This document shows, in pieces, positions 24,601-37,400 of a stretch of 64,000 bases of DNA. The stretch spans positions 14,980,651 to 15,044,650 of the forward strand of contig CM120647.1 in assembly GCA_051362555.1 (NCBI GenBank), given 5' to 3'. Source of the stretch: Lingula anatina. Lineage: Eukaryota; Animalia; Brachiopoda. The first letter of the stretch is position 1. Each line of letters starts with the position of its first letter. A program made the position numbers and the translations under genes. A model generated the notes under the pieces. That model was not told the DNA's origin and made no database searches. It saw only the letters and a program-made list of their open reading frames with translations.

Positions 24601-26243
24601 CACAAGTGACTTTAAATCAATACCATGTTTTCAATCGTTCCCGTGCCCTTAGAATGCGTGTGGACCCCGAGTGAATATTTTATTAATTAGTTTTTTTAAT
24701 AACGCACTCCCACTAGCCTATCATGTATTTCGCAGGCAGGCTCAAACATTTTCTATGCCCATGGATCTTAATCTTACCACTACTAAAATTATATGCATAT
24801 TATATGCAGTTCGAAATCAATTTCATCGGCATAAAGTCAAGAGAATCAGCACAAGGTGGAAGTGCGATAATTCTAAGAATTCGACCATTTTGTAATAAAC
24901 TCAATCTATTTTGTGATTGATCAGCATTAAATGATTTAAAACAGTAGGCTAATGTTGCCGGGGACTGGGGTAGGGCTATACTGGCGCCAATACTTTGGGA
25001 GTGGGACTGTCTTTGTCCAATTTGTATTACAGAATTTATTACTCTTGCGCTGAAGTAAGCGAGTAAGCTGGCTGCCGGTTGCTCACAAGTACGCTTCCAC
25101 AATCATTGACTTCTTCTTCAGTGCTACCTTGAAGAAAAGATGTCGTACTCGAGAAATACGGTCCGGGATCCTTTATTAACAGCACATCCCCCCCTACCAT
25201 TCAACGATCCCGGATCCCCCCGTGTAAGATATTGTGCGTTGGTAGAAAAACACCATAGAAGAATTAAATCACTCCATATAATTGATTTAATTCAAATTAC
25301 ATTGTGTACATATTCACAATAGATGCCTATAAAGGTCGAAACGTTAACCTTGTCGGCCTCGAACAGAATAGAAATTTAACTAGTTTGTTATTTACACACA
25401 AGTGACTTTAAATCAATACCATGTTTTCAATCGTTCCCGTGCCCTTAGAATGCGTGTGGACCCCGAGTGAATATTTTTTAAATTAGTTTTTTTAATAACG
25501 CACTCCCACTAGCCTATCATGTATTTCGCAAGCTGGGTCAAACATTTTCTATGCCCATGGATCTTAATCTTACCACTACTAAAATTATATGCATATTATA
25601 TGCAGTTCGAAATCAATTTCATCGGCATAAAGTCAAGAGAATCAGCACAAGGTGGAAGTGCGATAATTCTAAGAATTCGACCATTTTGTAATAAAATCAA
25701 TTTATTTTGGGATTGATAAGCATTAAATGATTTAAAACAGTAGGCTAATGTTGCCGGGGACTGGGGTAGTTCTATACTGGCGCCAATACTTTGGGAGTGG
25801 GACTGTCTTTATCCAATTTGTATTACAGAATTTATTACTCTTGCGCTGAAGTAAGCGAGTAAGCTGGCTGCCGGTTGCTCACAAGTACGCTTCCACAATC
25901 ATTGACTTCTTCTTCAGTGCTACCTTGAAGAAAAGATGTTGTACTCGAGAAATACGGTCCGGGATCCTTTATTAACAGCACATCCCCCCTACCATTCAAC
26001 GATCCCAGATCCCCCCGTGTAAGATATTGTGCGTTGGTAGAAAAACACCATAGAAGAATTAAATCACTCCATATCATTGATTTAATTCAAATTTCCTTGT
26101 GTACATATTCACAATAGATGCTTATAAAGGTCGAAACGTTAACCTTGTCGGCCTCGAACAGAATAGAAATTTAACTAGTTTGTTATTTACACACAAGTGA
26201 CTTTAAATCAATACCATGTTTTCAATCGTTCCCGTGCCCTTAG
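21607..26243. repeat. Tandem repeat, ~797-bp unit x 5.8
   Basis: Units start at 21607, 22403, 23200, 23997, 24809 and 25605; near-identical; unit 4 has a poly-C expansion. Confidence 0.97.
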
Positions 26244-26348
26244 GGTGCTTTCCCAGAGATTTGGATCGATCTAAAGATTAAGTTTTAGATCGACCTAACT
26301 CCCTGGGGGTTCACGTTAAACGCTAAATTGCAGTAAGCCGAGCGGGAG

Positions 26349-27052
26349 AGTACCCACGCAATAATGATTGGTGATAAGAAATATACAATGTATAGGCCTA
26401 TAAAGTATTCGTTGCTTGTCATCCTTTCTGGTTCAAAAGAAAATTGGATATTTAAGTCATTGGAAACAATTGAACATTTGAAACTAATTAACCATAGGTC
26501 GAGTAATGTGCTCAAATTGGCCTTATATAACAAATAAGACTGTCTTGCAGGTGGCGGTGTGTTACAGCCCTTTTACAAACTGTATTCTGAAACAGTGATG
26601 CCAAAGTGCAGAATTGTTCAGTAACGTTTAAGGTAACCCAACATCCTTGTTGCACCTCATATAAGTCAATGTTAACTTTCTCTACACCGGGAGAAAGCGT
26701 CCAAAAAGACAATTCCACGAAACTGTACCCTAATGACAGAAATAGTTGCCCTATGTCATTGTCAGCCCAAACCCAAAAATATTCGCCAATGTCATCACTT
26801 CTGTTTTTTGCACGCCAGAACTCCTCACTGTAATATGGTCGAACTATGGGATTCAAACGAATAAACCGGATGCTGGTACTAGAAAATTGCCATTGTTGTG
26901 CTGTGCACTCTCTTCCGTCATGTTCAACTGACAGTTAGAATGGAGCAAAATATCGAGGCCGCCATATTTGGGGGAGTGTCTTCAGCATGTGTTTCGGCGA
27001 AATTCAATTGAAACACGATGAGAATGAGAAAACAAATCGCTATTTTCTCCAT
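26349..27052 (-). pseudogene. Subtype B pseudogene, N-terminal part (ectodomain to TM1), frameshifted and 3'-truncated
   Basis: MEKIAICF...IIIAWVL spread over three ORF pieces; near-identical to 41222-41934; 1-nt deletions near 26960 and 26527. Confidence 0.9.
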
Positions 27053-28537
27053 TTCGGTCTGGTAGATAACAGGACCTGTAGTTAAATGTAAAAAAACCTT
27101 TTCTGCTAAAACTATGATTGTTTTAAGCATGCACTTTACTATTAAACAGTTTTATGCCATACAAAACCCATTGTATTTACACGACATTCACTTGTCTGTG
27201 TACAGTTGCTTTACAAGACGTTTTATATCAGTGTTCGTATACGTGTGATATGATAATCATCGTGATGGTCTATGATGAATAATAATTATAGTGTATTCAG
27301 TAAAATTGTAAGCTGAAGACTGATACTGTCCAATGTTAAAAAACTGTATTAACTTATGTAAGCGCTTATAATGGATTTGTTCTTAATTAATCCACTGAAA
27401 AGGTACTTAAAATAAAAAAAAACATATTTACGAAGCTTCAATTTTGACTGTTGACCCTAAAAATTTTACTTCAAAATATTAAAACTAAACTTTTCTTAAA
27501 CACTTAAAATGGCCATATATAGAAACGTATTGGTTATAAAGACAGTATTTTATGAAAGATATCTTAATACGATTAGTCTTAACTATTGAAATTAAAATTT
27601 GCTGTTCCCAAAAAATGGCGCCCAATTTATCACTTTCCTGAAATTTGAGAAAAAAATCTCTTACTGAGTATTTCCCCTCTTTGTAATGCAATCCCATGAT
27701 TTTAGTTACATTTCATACCCAGGATCGTTCCTTAAAAACTGCAAACGTGAAACAAAATTTTAACAAGGGGATCTGTAATATGAGAATGTTCAAATACCTG
27801 TAGGTACTTTTTTCTAGACTGGAGAATTGTCTCGCTATGTTAAGACAAGCAGCAAAGTGTTCTGGTAATTTTACCACAGCAGACTCACCGTTTATAAAGT
27901 GACAATGGTACCTTCGCTTTGGTTTTAATACCAGTAATTGATGTCAATAATTGCTGTCGATACTTAACACAGTTGACCTTAAATATATATTTTAATATTT
28001 ACGTTGTTAGCCTTACTAAGGAAAAATCGATTAAAAATAATAGGCCGGTATGCAGGAAAAAACTAACAAAGTAAAAACAGACTATATGAAAATGGCTGGC
28101 AAGCTGCATACGCCAATACTCTTAGCCTGAGAGATTTACACATTTTTTCGTCATGCAAGAGGACAAAGTGTGGGTAGTTGGGGGTGGGGATCACACAGAG
28201 GCAGAAGATAACCAAACCCTATTAATTATCTTATTTGCATGTCTTTTAAAATACAAACTAGCCGAGCAAAGAGAGAAAAAATAGTGCAGATCGTGTACTC
28301 TGTTTCTGACATAACCAAATGATTGCATTAATCGCCAATGATTTGTTATGTATTTGCCCATTTTTATTTCCTGGATGTGCGAATATAGGCATATGGGTGG
28401 CCACAGCAACTGTCTTCTTGTGCAATAACCAGGCAACATGCGCACTTCCACTGGCTTTGAACTCGAAAAAACTTTCTGGACATATTATTACATTCAGTAG
28501 TTAGCACACCGCCTGACTATTATCTTCATACCAATAA

Positions 28538-28616
<79 letters not shown>

Positions 28617-30364
28617 ATTACACCTGATTGGTTTCATGCATTACATGCATTAAATACGCACACTCCACAGTAAGTACGAACACTATAAAAATGGTCTGTG
28701 AATTGTGGTAGAGAAGAAACCGTGAAACCACAATCAAGTACAACTGTCGCGAGAAATATTGTCCTGCTGTAGATTTCAAAATAGACTTTTTGAAAATAAA
28801 TGATATAATCTTATGAAGGAAGGGGTGATATTTTAAGCAATTGTTTGAATTTGTGCTTCACTTGTACCTGAGGTCAATATCATACGCTGTTCTATTGAGG
28901 AATTGCTATGTTGATAAATAATTTGAGTCACCAGTTAGTACAGAGCCTCAAGATCAGGGCCACTCCCGCAAACTCGCAAAAAAACTGTTCATGTTTGTTT
29001 ACTGAGAAACACGGATACCGGAGTGACGAGGATGGTAGTCCTTGAAATAACGGAAGTCCAGAGCCCATATTATTATACAGGTGAGGGTTTCTGGATATTT
29101 CGGATCAGCATATAGGGCAAATAACACCTGTACAAAGTAATAGGAACACGTAATATTTGGCTCCTCGGAATTCTAACCAACGGACAACTATTCCTGTTAC
29201 ACCAACGGAGGTGAAATGCGTGTGACTGTCTTACCCCTACGTGCATCTGGTGTTATATTATGTGGTGCTTGTTTATTTACTTGCAATCAGCCCTGGACTA
29301 ATTTCTTTTTTGTTCTTATTTGATTTCTTGTTTTTTTTTTCTTGTTATCTTACAAGGCTGAGTAAGAAATAGTGCGTTGGTAGAAAAAAAAAAAAAAGCA
29401 GAAGAATAGAATCACAACATATAATTAATTGAATTCAATTTACGCAGTATACATATTAACAATAGATATTCATAAAATAAGAGGACCGTTGTTAACCTTT
29501 TCGGCCTCGTACAAAATAGAGATTAACTGGTTTGCTGCATAATAACAAAATGGCTTTAAATTAATATTATGGTATCAACCATTCCCTTTCCCGTAGGCTC
29601 CCTGTAGACCCCGCGTGTATATTAAAATAATAATAATAATAATCTGCCTGTTGGTCTGATACTTTCCTGTACTAAAATTGTTAATTATTACACAGTTTTC
29701 ATGATGCTGTACATTTAAAACTGTGATAAAATATCATCAAAAGAAACACTGCAACCTTTATATACAATTCTTATAATAACAAGCAAACAGTAAATTTGAT
29801 AATGCATCAGTAATAGTAATAATGATAATGCTGATAATACATCAATAATATTTCTTTCCATATAAAACTTAATCATTTACATCTATTCTAATACGTATAA
29901 TTCATGAAGGATACAGAAGAAGGAAAAAGTAACAGATGGGATGGAAAAGTACTGTACAAAGTACCCCTACTGGAATACACTACCATGGACTTGAACATTT
30001 ACTCCAAACATTTTTATCAGCCCATTAGTCTGATTCTTTCCTGTACTTAAGTTGACAATGAATACATAGTTTTCATAATAATGTATACCTAATCTCTGTG
30101 ATAACAGATCATCAAAAGAAACACTGCAATCTTTATATAGATTAAAATGCAAACGGGTAAATACATACAAGCAGTAAAACTTGGGAATGCATCGATAATA
30201 ATAATAATAATAATATAAAACTTAATCAGTTGTTACTGTTTGAATAGTTGTGATACATAAAGGATACAGAAGTAATAAAGGGGATGGAAAGGCCCCTGTC
30301 CTCCCTAACCCATGTTTCCTTTCTAAACAGGTGTTTGACAGGGGGCGGCTTTCTGCATTATTAC

Positions 30365-30399
<35 letters not shown>

Positions 30400-30480
30400 T
30401 CACAGGTAATCTCACGCATTGATAAACATATTTATCGCTTGATGCTTACATCAGAAAAGTTGCATATGGTTATTATGGGC
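26349..30480. repeat. Segmental duplication, direct copy of ~41222-45450 (also 32811-33750 ~ 48327-49300 and 14510-17427 ~ 38465-41130)
   Basis: Continuous colinear similarity through coding and non-coding sequence; offset ~15 kb for the first two pairs and ~24 kb for the third. Confidence 0.9.
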
Positions 30481-30525
30481 ATCGTCTTTAACTTTACAAA
30501 GACAGAATAAATGGTACCCCTGACA

Positions 30526-32811
30526 TTACTCTGCACTCCTTAGATCGGGAATCTCGTTTTCTTTTATATATTTCGCTACATTTCCACGGACGGTAACCTC
30601 CCAACTACGCTTAAGAGCTTGTTTGCTACCTTCCGTGTTGACAAAGTTCAAAAGAAGTTTTGGAATAGACACGGTGATGAAGGTAACAATTCCCTGCCCA
30701 CTGAATTGTAATGCCGAAACGTCACGGAAATTCGCAACTGTTAACACCAAAAAGATTGCCATGGCAACTGCGACGATGGAGGTTAAACATGCCACTGCTA
30801 TTCCCTCACCCAAGGGAAGAAGCTTTTCATAAATGGACACCCACAGGGCTTTAGGGATGCTTTCCCAACCGTTGTCATCTGATTTGTATAACAGAATGGT
30901 TTGTTCGTTGTTTTGCGCTGGAGATGGCGATTGTCTGCTGCCGGTTGCTTGTACGTTTTCATCAGCATTGATTCTCTCGTCAGTGCCTGCTTGAATGTTT
31001 TGTTCCACGTCTTGGTTTGGAGGTGAAGGCGAGCGTGCGGGAGCGTTATCATCTGCAACATGATTAGTGTTCAAAGTTACCGCACTTGAAGAAGTTCCTT
31101 CAGTACAGAGATCAAGATCCAGGGGTGCGACCTTATTGTTTGGTACAGCATGTGAGCCGGAACAGTCTGTCCTATGACTGTCGACTGAAACATGTTGTTT
31201 GTACTTCGGATCAAGTGATGAGCATTCTTTAAATACAATGTCTTTCAGTACAAGGTAATTTTCTTGTAAAGCATAGAACGGATGGTAGACGTAGTAAAAC
31301 ACTGATAAAACTAATATAACGTACGACAGTACAATGTCGTAATTTATAATGACACCAGTTATAGTCATTGTTACTATTAACATCCAGGGGGCAAAAGACA
31401 GCATACAACATATCAAGAAATAAAAAAAGAAGCAAGTTACTGCAAGGGTTTTCAAATCTGGGCGCATTTTAGTTGGACGCAAAGGCGAAATCATACTAAA
31501 CAAAGGTGAAGTGCCTAAAAAGATAATGAATAGTCCTCCAATAAATCTTAACAATGACAAGGGCGCATTTCTAAGTTTTAAATTTGAACCTATATCCTCT
31601 TTCAAATCCTTTAGCAAATTAATTGCACTTGACAGGTTCGTTCTCAAAATATCTTCATAGGCAATATAATTACCTAGATGAGTGCTTACTGTGCAGTCAG
31701 TATTTCGACTTTCCCTCGGAAGTCTCAAAATCCAACGGAGATTGTTAAACTTACCACTCGACGTGGCATCAATAAATTTTTCGTATGTCTCAAAGTCAAC
31801 TTCAGATTGCATAACATAAAATATCGACAAACAAACGAGAAGTACGAGAGTTAAACCATAAGCAAGGTAGTAAGGATATGATTCGACATAATCTTTATAA
31901 TAAATGTCATCGATGGCAAGCTTATAAAACAGAGCTATATTAATCAGAGGGTAGATTAAAATAAACGTCACTAAAAGGGCAGATATTCGAGTGCCAGGCG
32001 AAAAAAAAACACTTAAGGGCGTTTGTGCTTTAGAACTATTTACCTCAAAGTTTTTCATGTTAGTTTGCAACTTTTGAGAATATTGAACAAATAAGACCTC
32101 TGGAAAAAACAAAACGAAAAACAATGGTAAAAAGAGTACCGCAATACCTTGAATTGTGGTTTTTAAAAATGTAAAAGTCCATTGCCCAGTATCAGTACCT
32201 TCCAAATAAAAGTTAAACTTCGAAACATTGGAGATATCTGAGCAGTGGTAACTAATAGTCAAAGCTATCTCATATTTTTTATAACAGAACACACTGTCCT
32301 GTAGGTGATGGTGTGTAAGAGCCATTTCACCAATTGTTTCCAGAAACAGTGTCGCTAGGGTGCAAAATTGCTCAGTCACGTTTAAGGTAACCCAACATCC
32401 TTGTTGTACTTCATGCAAGTCAGTGTTAATTTTCCCTACACCTGGTGAAAGAGTCCACAAGGACATCTCCACGAAATTGTACTCCAAGGCCAGGAATCGT
32501 CGTCCAAAGTTTCCATCAGCCCAAACCCAATAATATTTCCCGATTTCGTCACTTCTGTTTTTAGCACGCCAGAATTCTTCACTGTAATATGGTCGAACAA
32601 TGGGATTCAAGCGAACAAAGATGTTTTTGGGATTAGACAAGTTTCCGTTGATAAGTCGTTTACTCTCTTCCGTCATGTTCAACTGGCAGTTAGAATGAAG
32701 CAAAATGTCGAGGCAGTCCACGTTTGAGAGGATGCCTTCAGCCTGTGTTTTGGTGAAGCTCAATTGAAATACCACGAATATTGGAAATACTTTAGCTAAT
32801 TTCAATTCCAT
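30526..32811 (-). CDS. Membrane-protein family subtype A (A3), 761 aa
   Basis: Intact ORF starting at the signal-peptide Met; colinear with A1/A2; predicted 5'-UTR intron 32835-33039. Confidence 0.9.
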   Translation of the reverse strand: MELKLAKVFPIFVVFQLSFTKTQAEGILSNVDCLDILLHSNCQLNMTEESKRLINGNLSNPKNIFVRLNPIVRPYYSEEFWRAKNRSDEIGKYYWVWADGNFGRRFLALEYNFVEMSLWTLSPGVGKINTDLHEVQQGCWVTLNVTEQFCTLATLFLETIGEMALTHHHLQDSVFCYKKYEIALTISYHCSDISNVSKFNFYLEGTDTGQWTFTFLKTTIQGIAVLFLPLFFVLFFPEVLFVQYSQKLQTNMKNFEVNSSKAQTPLSVFFSPGTRISALLVTFILIYPLINIALFYKLAIDDIYYKDYVESYPYYLAYGLTLVLLVCLSIFYVMQSEVDFETYEKFIDATSSGKFNNLRWILRLPRESRNTDCTVSTHLGNYIAYEDILRTNLSSAINLLKDLKEDIGSNLKLRNAPLSLLRFIGGLFIIFLGTSPLFSMISPLRPTKMRPDLKTLAVTCFFFYFLICCMLSFAPWMLIVTMTITGVIINYDIVLSYVILVLSVFYYVYHPFYALQENYLVLKDIVFKECSSLDPKYKQHVSVDSHRTDCSGSHAVPNNKVAPLDLDLCTEGTSSSAVTLNTNHVADDNAPARSPSPPNQDVEQNIQAGTDERINADENVQATGSRQSPSPAQNNEQTILLYKSDDNGWESIPKALWVSIYEKLLPLGEGIAVACLTSIVAVAMAIFLVLTVANFRDVSALQFSGQGIVTFITVSIPKLLLNFVNTEGSKQALKRSWEVTVRGNVAKYIKENEIPDLRSAE

Positions 32812-34076
32812 TTTGCTCTAGATGATTGAAGAATCTGTAGACAGAAAGACAGTTTGTTTTTACAATTGACACCCAACAAACGTTCACTGTAATATGCAGC
32901 AAAATCATGAGGTACGCTATTGAATATATTAAACCTAAAAATAAGCACTTTAAAATGGTGGTCCGCTACAGAACAAATTACATATAAGCAAACCTGAAGA
33001 GGACAGTTTTATCTCTGACATTCACTATAGTCCACGCACCAGTATCTGCTAGTATTTTGTCGTCAGCTAAACAGTTCCTCCAGTACTTTAAGGATGTCTC
33101 CACTCAACGTCTACAAAAACCGTGGTGTGTTTGTTCGGTAATGTCACTGCGTTTGCTTTACCTTCCAAACGGCGAGTAAACATCAAGTGAGCCAAACAGC
33201 ACTTTTACTTGATATTTGATTAAGCAACCTGACGCTTAATTTATAGTCGTAGGCCTATTGTTAAATTTCTGCATAACGTTGACGTTGTATTATTGAATTG
33301 GCCTGCAATACAATATCGAACCTTTAGAAATGGGCAACAAAAAAGGAAATAATAAAACATACGAGAAGCATAGACGGGACTTCATATAATCTCCTTAGCT
33401 GAAATCAAGCTCGGGTAATTCACTTGGCGTGGAGTTCGGGGCCCGCTGAAGGGCTTCGGAAATTTTTGGGTGTTTTCGAGGAAGAACGGTGCCATTTGGT
33501 ACGGTTTAGGACTATATGATTCAGCTAGTCAAAATGCTAATTTCAAAAAGGGTCAAGAAATCGACTAAATCCGCCTCTGGTCTCACAAATAAATAATTTC
33601 ATATTGACCGGAATACAGCAGGTGTGAATTACTGTGAAATGCAGTAGAGAAGAAACCGTCGAAAACAATATCAAGCTAAATAGATTGTGCCAGAAATCTA
33701 ATCGGTGCATTTAAGCAATGGTGATTTAAATATTTCATAAAATTATTATAAAAAAGCACTCCGAGAGCACAGACCTCCGCCAAGGCAGCATTTTATTAAT
33801 ATTATTGATTATTGATTGATTTTTAATCCAGATCACCACCAAAAACTAATCATCTGTTCCTTAGCCCACTTCTGACAGTTCCTGAAAATGTCATTAAAAT
33901 CGGTCTATAACTTTCTGAGTTATGTTGATGACAGACAAACAAACAAACAGAGGTGATTTAGTACAACTTTTAATTTTAGTTTTAGTTCGAAATTAATTTC
34001 ATCGGCATAAAGTCAAGAGAATTGGCACAAGGTGGAAGTAATAAATTCAATCTATTTTGGGATTGATAAACATTTA

Positions 34077-34460
34077 GTAGCAAGATTTATACACAACACA
34101 GACAAAGAGTTGGTGAAATCACAAGCTTACAAGCTAAGAGGCTCTGTCTTTGGCATCCGAGAGCAATACCCACCGGAAATTGAAAGCAGGAGAAGGTTGC
34201 TCTATCCGATAATGAAACAGGAGAGGCAAAATGGAAACTATACACGCATGGTGAGAGATAGACTATATGTGAATGGTGAATTGTACAGGAGCCCAGATTG
34301 TGACCATACAGAGGTTTTTCGGCAATATCCCTCTGACAGACCAGGGCAACAGATCCCACCAAACAGGGAAACACCTAACATAAGGGGCTCCCAGCAAGGC
34401 ATGGATCAAGAAGCGACAAATCATTTTCAAGAGTGGCAGCAAGACCATGAAGCCCCTTAG
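34077..34460 (+). CDS. LINE ORF1 C-terminal remnant (L1-ORF1-like RRM/CTD)
   Basis: VARF...KL.GSVFGIREQYPPEIESRRRLLYP.MK...RMVRDRLYVNGELY motif; the first 15 aa of the listed ORF come from flanking DNA. Confidence 0.7.
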   Translation, partial: VARFIHNTDKELVKSQAYKLRGSVFGIREQYPPEIESRRRLLYPIMKQERQNGNYTRMVRDRLYVNGELYRSPDCDHTEVFRQYPSDRPGQQIPPNRETPNIRGSQQGMDQEATNHFQEWQQDHEAP

Positions 34461-34478
34461 GTATGTGGCCAAGGTCCA

Positions 34479-37400
34479 ATGACAGTATGTGACAACAGCA
34501 AGGGACAACTGGATACAATCACTCCATGTGCTCCGTGCATCGAAAGTGTAGTTACAGGCAGTGAAATAACCAGGTTATGTATCACGTGTTATAATGCAAA
34601 TGGACTCAAATCGAAAGTTAATCACCCCGATTTCTGTAAATTACTACTAGAATCAGACATTTTAGGAGTCACAGAGACTTTTGCAGAACATGATGGTGAA
34701 TTCGGGACTATCTCAGCTTTGCACACCTCTTTTGATAAACCCAGGGTCTTAACAAGAAAAGGAGGAGTGTGTATTTTTATCAAAAATCACTTGCTTAAGT
34801 TAGTTAAAAATGTTATAAATACCTATACCGATATGGTTTTTCTAATTTTGGATGGGAACTTTTTCAATAGTGATTTAGATATTTTACTAGGTTGTCTATA
34901 CATTGCCCCAGAGGGATCAGTGCTGTATACCACTTTAAATGAAACAAATGGTATTCAAAGGTTAGAAAATGTACTGCTCGAAATTTTCACAAAATATGGG
35001 GACTTAAAACTTTTCTTAATGGGGGACTTAAATGCACGAACTGGTAATTTGCCAGATTATTGTGACGACAGCTTACGACATCTGGACCTTGAGGGGATTT
35101 ATGACAGGGATGATTTTTGTATGCCCAGGGTTTCAAAGGACATCACTGAAAATAATTTTGGAAGATCTTTGATAGAGCTATGTATAGGTCAAAATATGCA
35201 CATGTTAAATTGCCGCATTGCACCAGATATTGGAGGTGAATTCACATGTCAGAAGTACAATGGCTGCAGTGTTGTTGATTATATTTTGTTACATACAGAC
35301 CTTTTCATGTGTGTAGATACATTTGAGGTTCTATCCTTAGATATATCAGATCATTTCCCCATCTCATGTCAAGTCCAGTGCAGGGATGTTTCAAACAAAC
35401 CCGAAAATGCAATAAGCACACGCAAGCGCAAACTGTACAAATGGAACAACAAAAAAGCAAATAGGTTCCTTGGTAATTTACAAAATGATAATATTTTTAG
35501 TTTAGGCCATTTCAATTACTTATTGCATATGAATGATGTGAACAATGCTGAACAAATGTTAGAAGGTCTACTACAACGGTCAGGTACTCTCTTCTTAGCC
35601 AGGGAAAACAAAGTTCAAAGAAATCAACCTAGGTGGTGGGATCAAGAATGTGATTTATTAAAACAACTTAAATTCAAATGTCTCAATGATTTCAGGAAGT
35701 CAAATAATCAAAATGATTTTAAAAAATATAAGGAATGTAAGAGTAAGTTTAAGGCACTTTGTGAAATGAAGAAAAACTCTTACACTGCAAATGAAGTCGA
35801 GCAATTGCACACTTTAAAAACCACAAAGGAAATGTGGAATTATATAAAGTCTCTGAAAAGTGCTCAGTCTATTAAAAAGAATAATATCAGCCCACAAGCA
35901 TGGCAAAATCATTTTTACAAGTTATTAAATGAAAATGTAAATGACATCGAAAAGAGCTTCATAACATATATCGAACAGTATACTGAATGGTTTGAGCACA
36001 TACAGCCTTTAAATAGTTGCAATACTCTAAATGAGCCATTCACTATGGATGAACTATCAAATGTTGTACGCACCATGAAAAATGGAAAATCTCCAGGTCC
36101 TGATGGATTAGTGATTGAAATGTTTAAATATGGCTTCAACCATTTATCACCACTGTTGTTAAATCTTTATAATACTGTATTAATAAGTGGAAAATTTCCC
36201 TCTAGCTGGTGCAATGCCATTCTGTACCCATTGTTCAAAAAAGGAAATGTAAATGTGGCAACAAATTATAGAGGAATTGCGCTTTTGAATGTCATGGGAA
36301 AAATATTTATGAAAATTTTGAGTAACAGATTTAATAATTGGGCAGTGGAAAATAATACAACGATCGAAGCTCAGGCTGCCTATAAAATTGGTTACTCCAC
36401 TGTCGATCACATTTTTACATTGCAAGGCTGCGTACAAAAATACTTAAGTCGAAGAAAAGGCAGATGCTACTGTATTTTTATAGATTTCTCAGCCGCTTTC
36501 GATAGTGTTCAACATAAATTATTATGGTATGTACTTGCAAAAAACCGTGTAAATGGACATGTCGTCACAGTTTTACGCTCTATGTATTCCCAACTGCAAT
36601 CATGTGTTCTAACAAATTTAGGCCTTACTGAGTATTTTAAATGTAACATGGGCACTCGGCAAGGATGCATGTTAAGTCCTTTTCTATTTACATTATTCAT
36701 AAATGAATTTTATCATAGTTTGAACAAAGCTGGATGTCAGGGTATTTACATAAATGAGGTGCTTCCAAATCTCATGTCTTTGCTTTATGCTGATGACATT
36801 GTATGTATTTCAGACACTGTTGGGGGTTTACAGAAACAAATCCATCAATTAGAAAAATATTGCAGCCAGTATGGTATGCTAGTAAATGTCCAAAAGACAA
36901 AAATAGTAGTATTTAGGAGAGGTGGTAAAATAAAGAAAAATGAAAGGTGGTTTTTCAAGGGCAAAAAATTAGAAGCAGTACCTGCATATAAATACTTAGG
37001 AACATTTTTTGGTGCTTTCCTTGGTTGGGGTAAAACTATCCAACATCAAATCAACCAAGCCAATAAAGCATTATTTGTTATTAAGTTATATTTGAAAAAA
37101 CAAGCATATATTTCCTTTAAGGAAGCTTTCTTTCTTTTTGATAGAATGATAACACCCATTCTTTTCTATGGTGCTGAGATATGGGGTCATAAACCAGTAG
37201 AAAGTATTGAAGTCTTCCAAGCAAAATTTTGTAGATATTTACTTGGTGTTAGTTCAAATACTGTGACGGAAGCTGTACTAGGCGAATGCGGAAGATATCC
37301 ATTGTATACCAACTATATGGTAAATAGCATTAAATATTGGTTAAAGCTTGTACATATGAATGAAGATCGCTATCGTGCTCATGTATATGATATGCTATTT

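Noticed and set aside
21607-26243. CRISPR array or repeated small genes (65-100-aa ORFs)
   Set aside because: Units are wholly repeated with no unique spacers, the context is eukaryotic, and the ORFs recur only because the DNA repeats and they break between units.
15817-27052. One B gene split by an 8.9-kb insertion (the halves are nearly complementary, ~30 codons missing)
   Set aside because: The intervening DNA follows the normal order of the array unit and has no TSD; two independent deletions in adjacent units fit better, though a split gene is not fully excluded.
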